A DNA stretch of 64,000 nucleotides, from positions 288,001-352,000 of the forward strand of contig CAWJWJ010000001.1 of assembly GCA_963846575.1 (NCBI GenBank), written 5' to 3'. Origin of the DNA: an uncultured Nitrospiraceae bacterium. Its GTDB lineage: Bacteria > Nitrospirota > Nitrospiria > Nitrospirales > Nitrospiraceae. Position 1 is the first letter of the stretch; every line of letters starts with the position of its first letter. Position numbers and translations under genes: made by a program. The notes under the pieces were generated by a model. The model had not been told where the DNA came from. It searched no databases and saw nothing but the letters and a program-made list of their open reading frames with translations. Positions 62,536 through 64,000 of the stretch are shown here, piece after piece.

Positions 62536-62624
62536 CCCTCGTCGGAATCACTCTAACATGAGTGTTCGAATGATTGTGACAGACCGCGTTCCGCGCGCTT
62601 TATCGCGCGGAAACACGCGCGGAA

Positions 62625-62653
62625 GTTGTATCAAGTTTGCGGGGCATCCGCAA
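62625..62653 (-). promoter_or_regulatory. sigma-70 promoter for pdaD-speB
   Basis: Minus strand TTGCGG-17-TACAAC with TG extension. Confidence 0.5.
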
Positions 62654-62689
62654 TATGGCCTCGCGGTTTTTTTGTGGCACGTCCCCGCG

Positions 62690-64000
62690 TCACACAGGCC
62701 GGTCAAGCCGTAGGACCAGCAACCTGGGCTCCGTCATGTCTTCGATGGCATACCGCACACCCTCGCGACCGATCCCGGAATCCTTTACGCCACCATAGGG
62801 CATGTGATCCGCCCGGAACGTCGGAATTTCGTTCGCCAACACCGCACCGACTTCGAGCTGCTCGAACGCATGAAAAATACGCTCTACGTTGTGCGTGAAG
62901 ATTCCGGCTTGAAGACCGTAGTCCGATTCGTTCACCGCCTCCAACACGGCCCCGAATTCTCGGTACGTGGTCACTGTCACCAACGGACCGAACACCTCCT
63001 GGCAGGAGACCTTCATCGTGCCGGTCACCTCCGACAACACCGTCGGCCGCACGATCGATCCCTCCCGGTTCCCTCCCGACAACAACCGGGCGCCTTGCGC
63101 CACGGCTTCCTCGATCCAGCGTTCAACCCGTTGCGCCGCTCCCGCATCGATCAGCGGGCCGACCACCGTGTGTTCGTCACCCGGATCCCCCGCTCGCACC
63201 TGTCGCACCCGGGCCACCAGGTTTTCGGTAAAGTCCGCCGCGACCGACTCATGAACAAAGATCCGTTGCACGGAGATACAGGTCTGACCGGCGTAGGTGA
63301 ACCCGCCTGTGACACAACGCTGCGCCACATAGTCCAGATCGGCGTCCGGCTCCACGATGACGGCCGCGTTGCCGCCTAACTCTAAAACGACTTTTTTCTT
63401 CCCCGATTTGGACTTCAACATCCAGCCGACAGGCGCGCTTCCGGTGAAGCTGAGCAGTTTGAACCGGGGATCGACCACCAGCTGTTCCGCCACCGTATTC
63501 TGACAGGGCAGCACATTGACCGCGCCGGGCGGAGCACCGGTCTCCAGCAGCAATTCCCCGAGAAGCAGGGCGGTTAAAGGAGTCTGCGGAGCCGGTTTGA
63601 TGAGAATGGAGTTGCCTGAGGCCAACGCCGGCGCCACTTTATGCACGACGAGATTGAGTGGAAAGTTAAACGGCGTGATGCCGAGGATCGGCCCGATGGG
63701 AAACCGCCGCGTCAGCCCCCAATGGGACTCCATCCCAGGCGACCAATCCAGCGGCACCACTTCACCACCGATCCGCTTGGCTTCTTCCGCCGCAATCGAA
63801 AAGGTCTGAATAGCTCGGTCTACTTCCCGCCGCGCATCCGTCAGGGGTTTACCGGCCTCTGCGGTCATCGTGCGCGCAAACTCCTCGCGCCGAGACAGCA
63901 GCGCCTGTGCCGCCTTCTGCAGCAGCGTGGCGCGCGCGTGACTCGACAGCCGGCGCATGGCCAGAGCCCCTTCCACGCTGGATTGTATGCCTCTCTCCGC
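62690..64000 (-). CDS. aldehyde dehydrogenase family protein (5' end outside window)
   Basis: ITPFNFP, FTGS, LELGGN, AGQTC, EVFGP, PYGGVKDSG.GREG. Confidence 0.95.
   Translation of the reverse strand, partial: AERGIQSSVEGALAMRRLSSHARATLLQKAAQALLSRREEFARTMTAEAGKPLTDARREVDRAIQTFSIAAEEAKRIGGEVVPLDWSPGMESHWGLTRRFPIGPILGITPFNFPLNLVVHKVAPALASGNSILIKPAPQTPLTALLLGELLLETGAPPGAVNVLPCQNTVAEQLVVDPRFKLLSFTGSAPVGWMLKSKSGKKKVVLELGGNAAVIVEPDADLDYVAQRCVTGGFTYAGQTCISVQRIFVHESVAADFTENLVARVRQVRAGDPGDEHTVVGPLIDAGAAQRVERWIEEAVAQGARLLSGGNREGSIVRPTVLSEVTGTMKVSCQEVFGPLVTVTTYREFGAVLEAVNESDYGLQAGIFTHNVERIFHAFEQLEVGAVLANEIPTFRADHMPYGGVKDSGIGREGVRYAIEDMTEPRLLVLRLDRPV

Overview
GC-rich bacterial chromosome segment. Gene content and protein style suggest Nitrospira (inference, no database check). 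The left half (1-~34.5 kb) is an accessory region, mostly on the minus strand. It encodes envelope, redox, metal and sulfur genes: a c-type cytochrome, a His-rich repeat protein, OsmC, ALS, USP, VIT1, an Mla/Pqi-like ABC system, a bactofilin membrane protein, ArnT, TolC, an RND fragment, a beta-barrel, TauE, two cupredoxin-like paralogues with FGE-like and CopD-like partners, and DsrE/TlpA/CcdA. It also holds two two-component systems. The DNA shows several sigma-54 (-24/-12) promoters, most with a 17-bp palindromic site TGNGGCA-N3-TGCCNCA about 120 bp upstream. The same site overlaps the promoter of the local sigma-54 activator, which is paired with a FixL-like multi-PAS kinase. The right half is more housekeeping: lipA beside a pdhC remnant, dabBA plus a PII-like gene, a DUF692(MNIO)-dus-maf operon with no precursor peptide, CBS-PilZ/LOG/DHH/rhomboid, purEK, an HlyD-TolC-ABC-ABC exporter with both ATPase domains degenerate, an RluF-like synthase, pdaD-speB and an aldehyde dehydrogenase. 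Several single-base frameshifts look like assembly errors. I recognised no tRNA, rRNA, CRISPR array or transposase.
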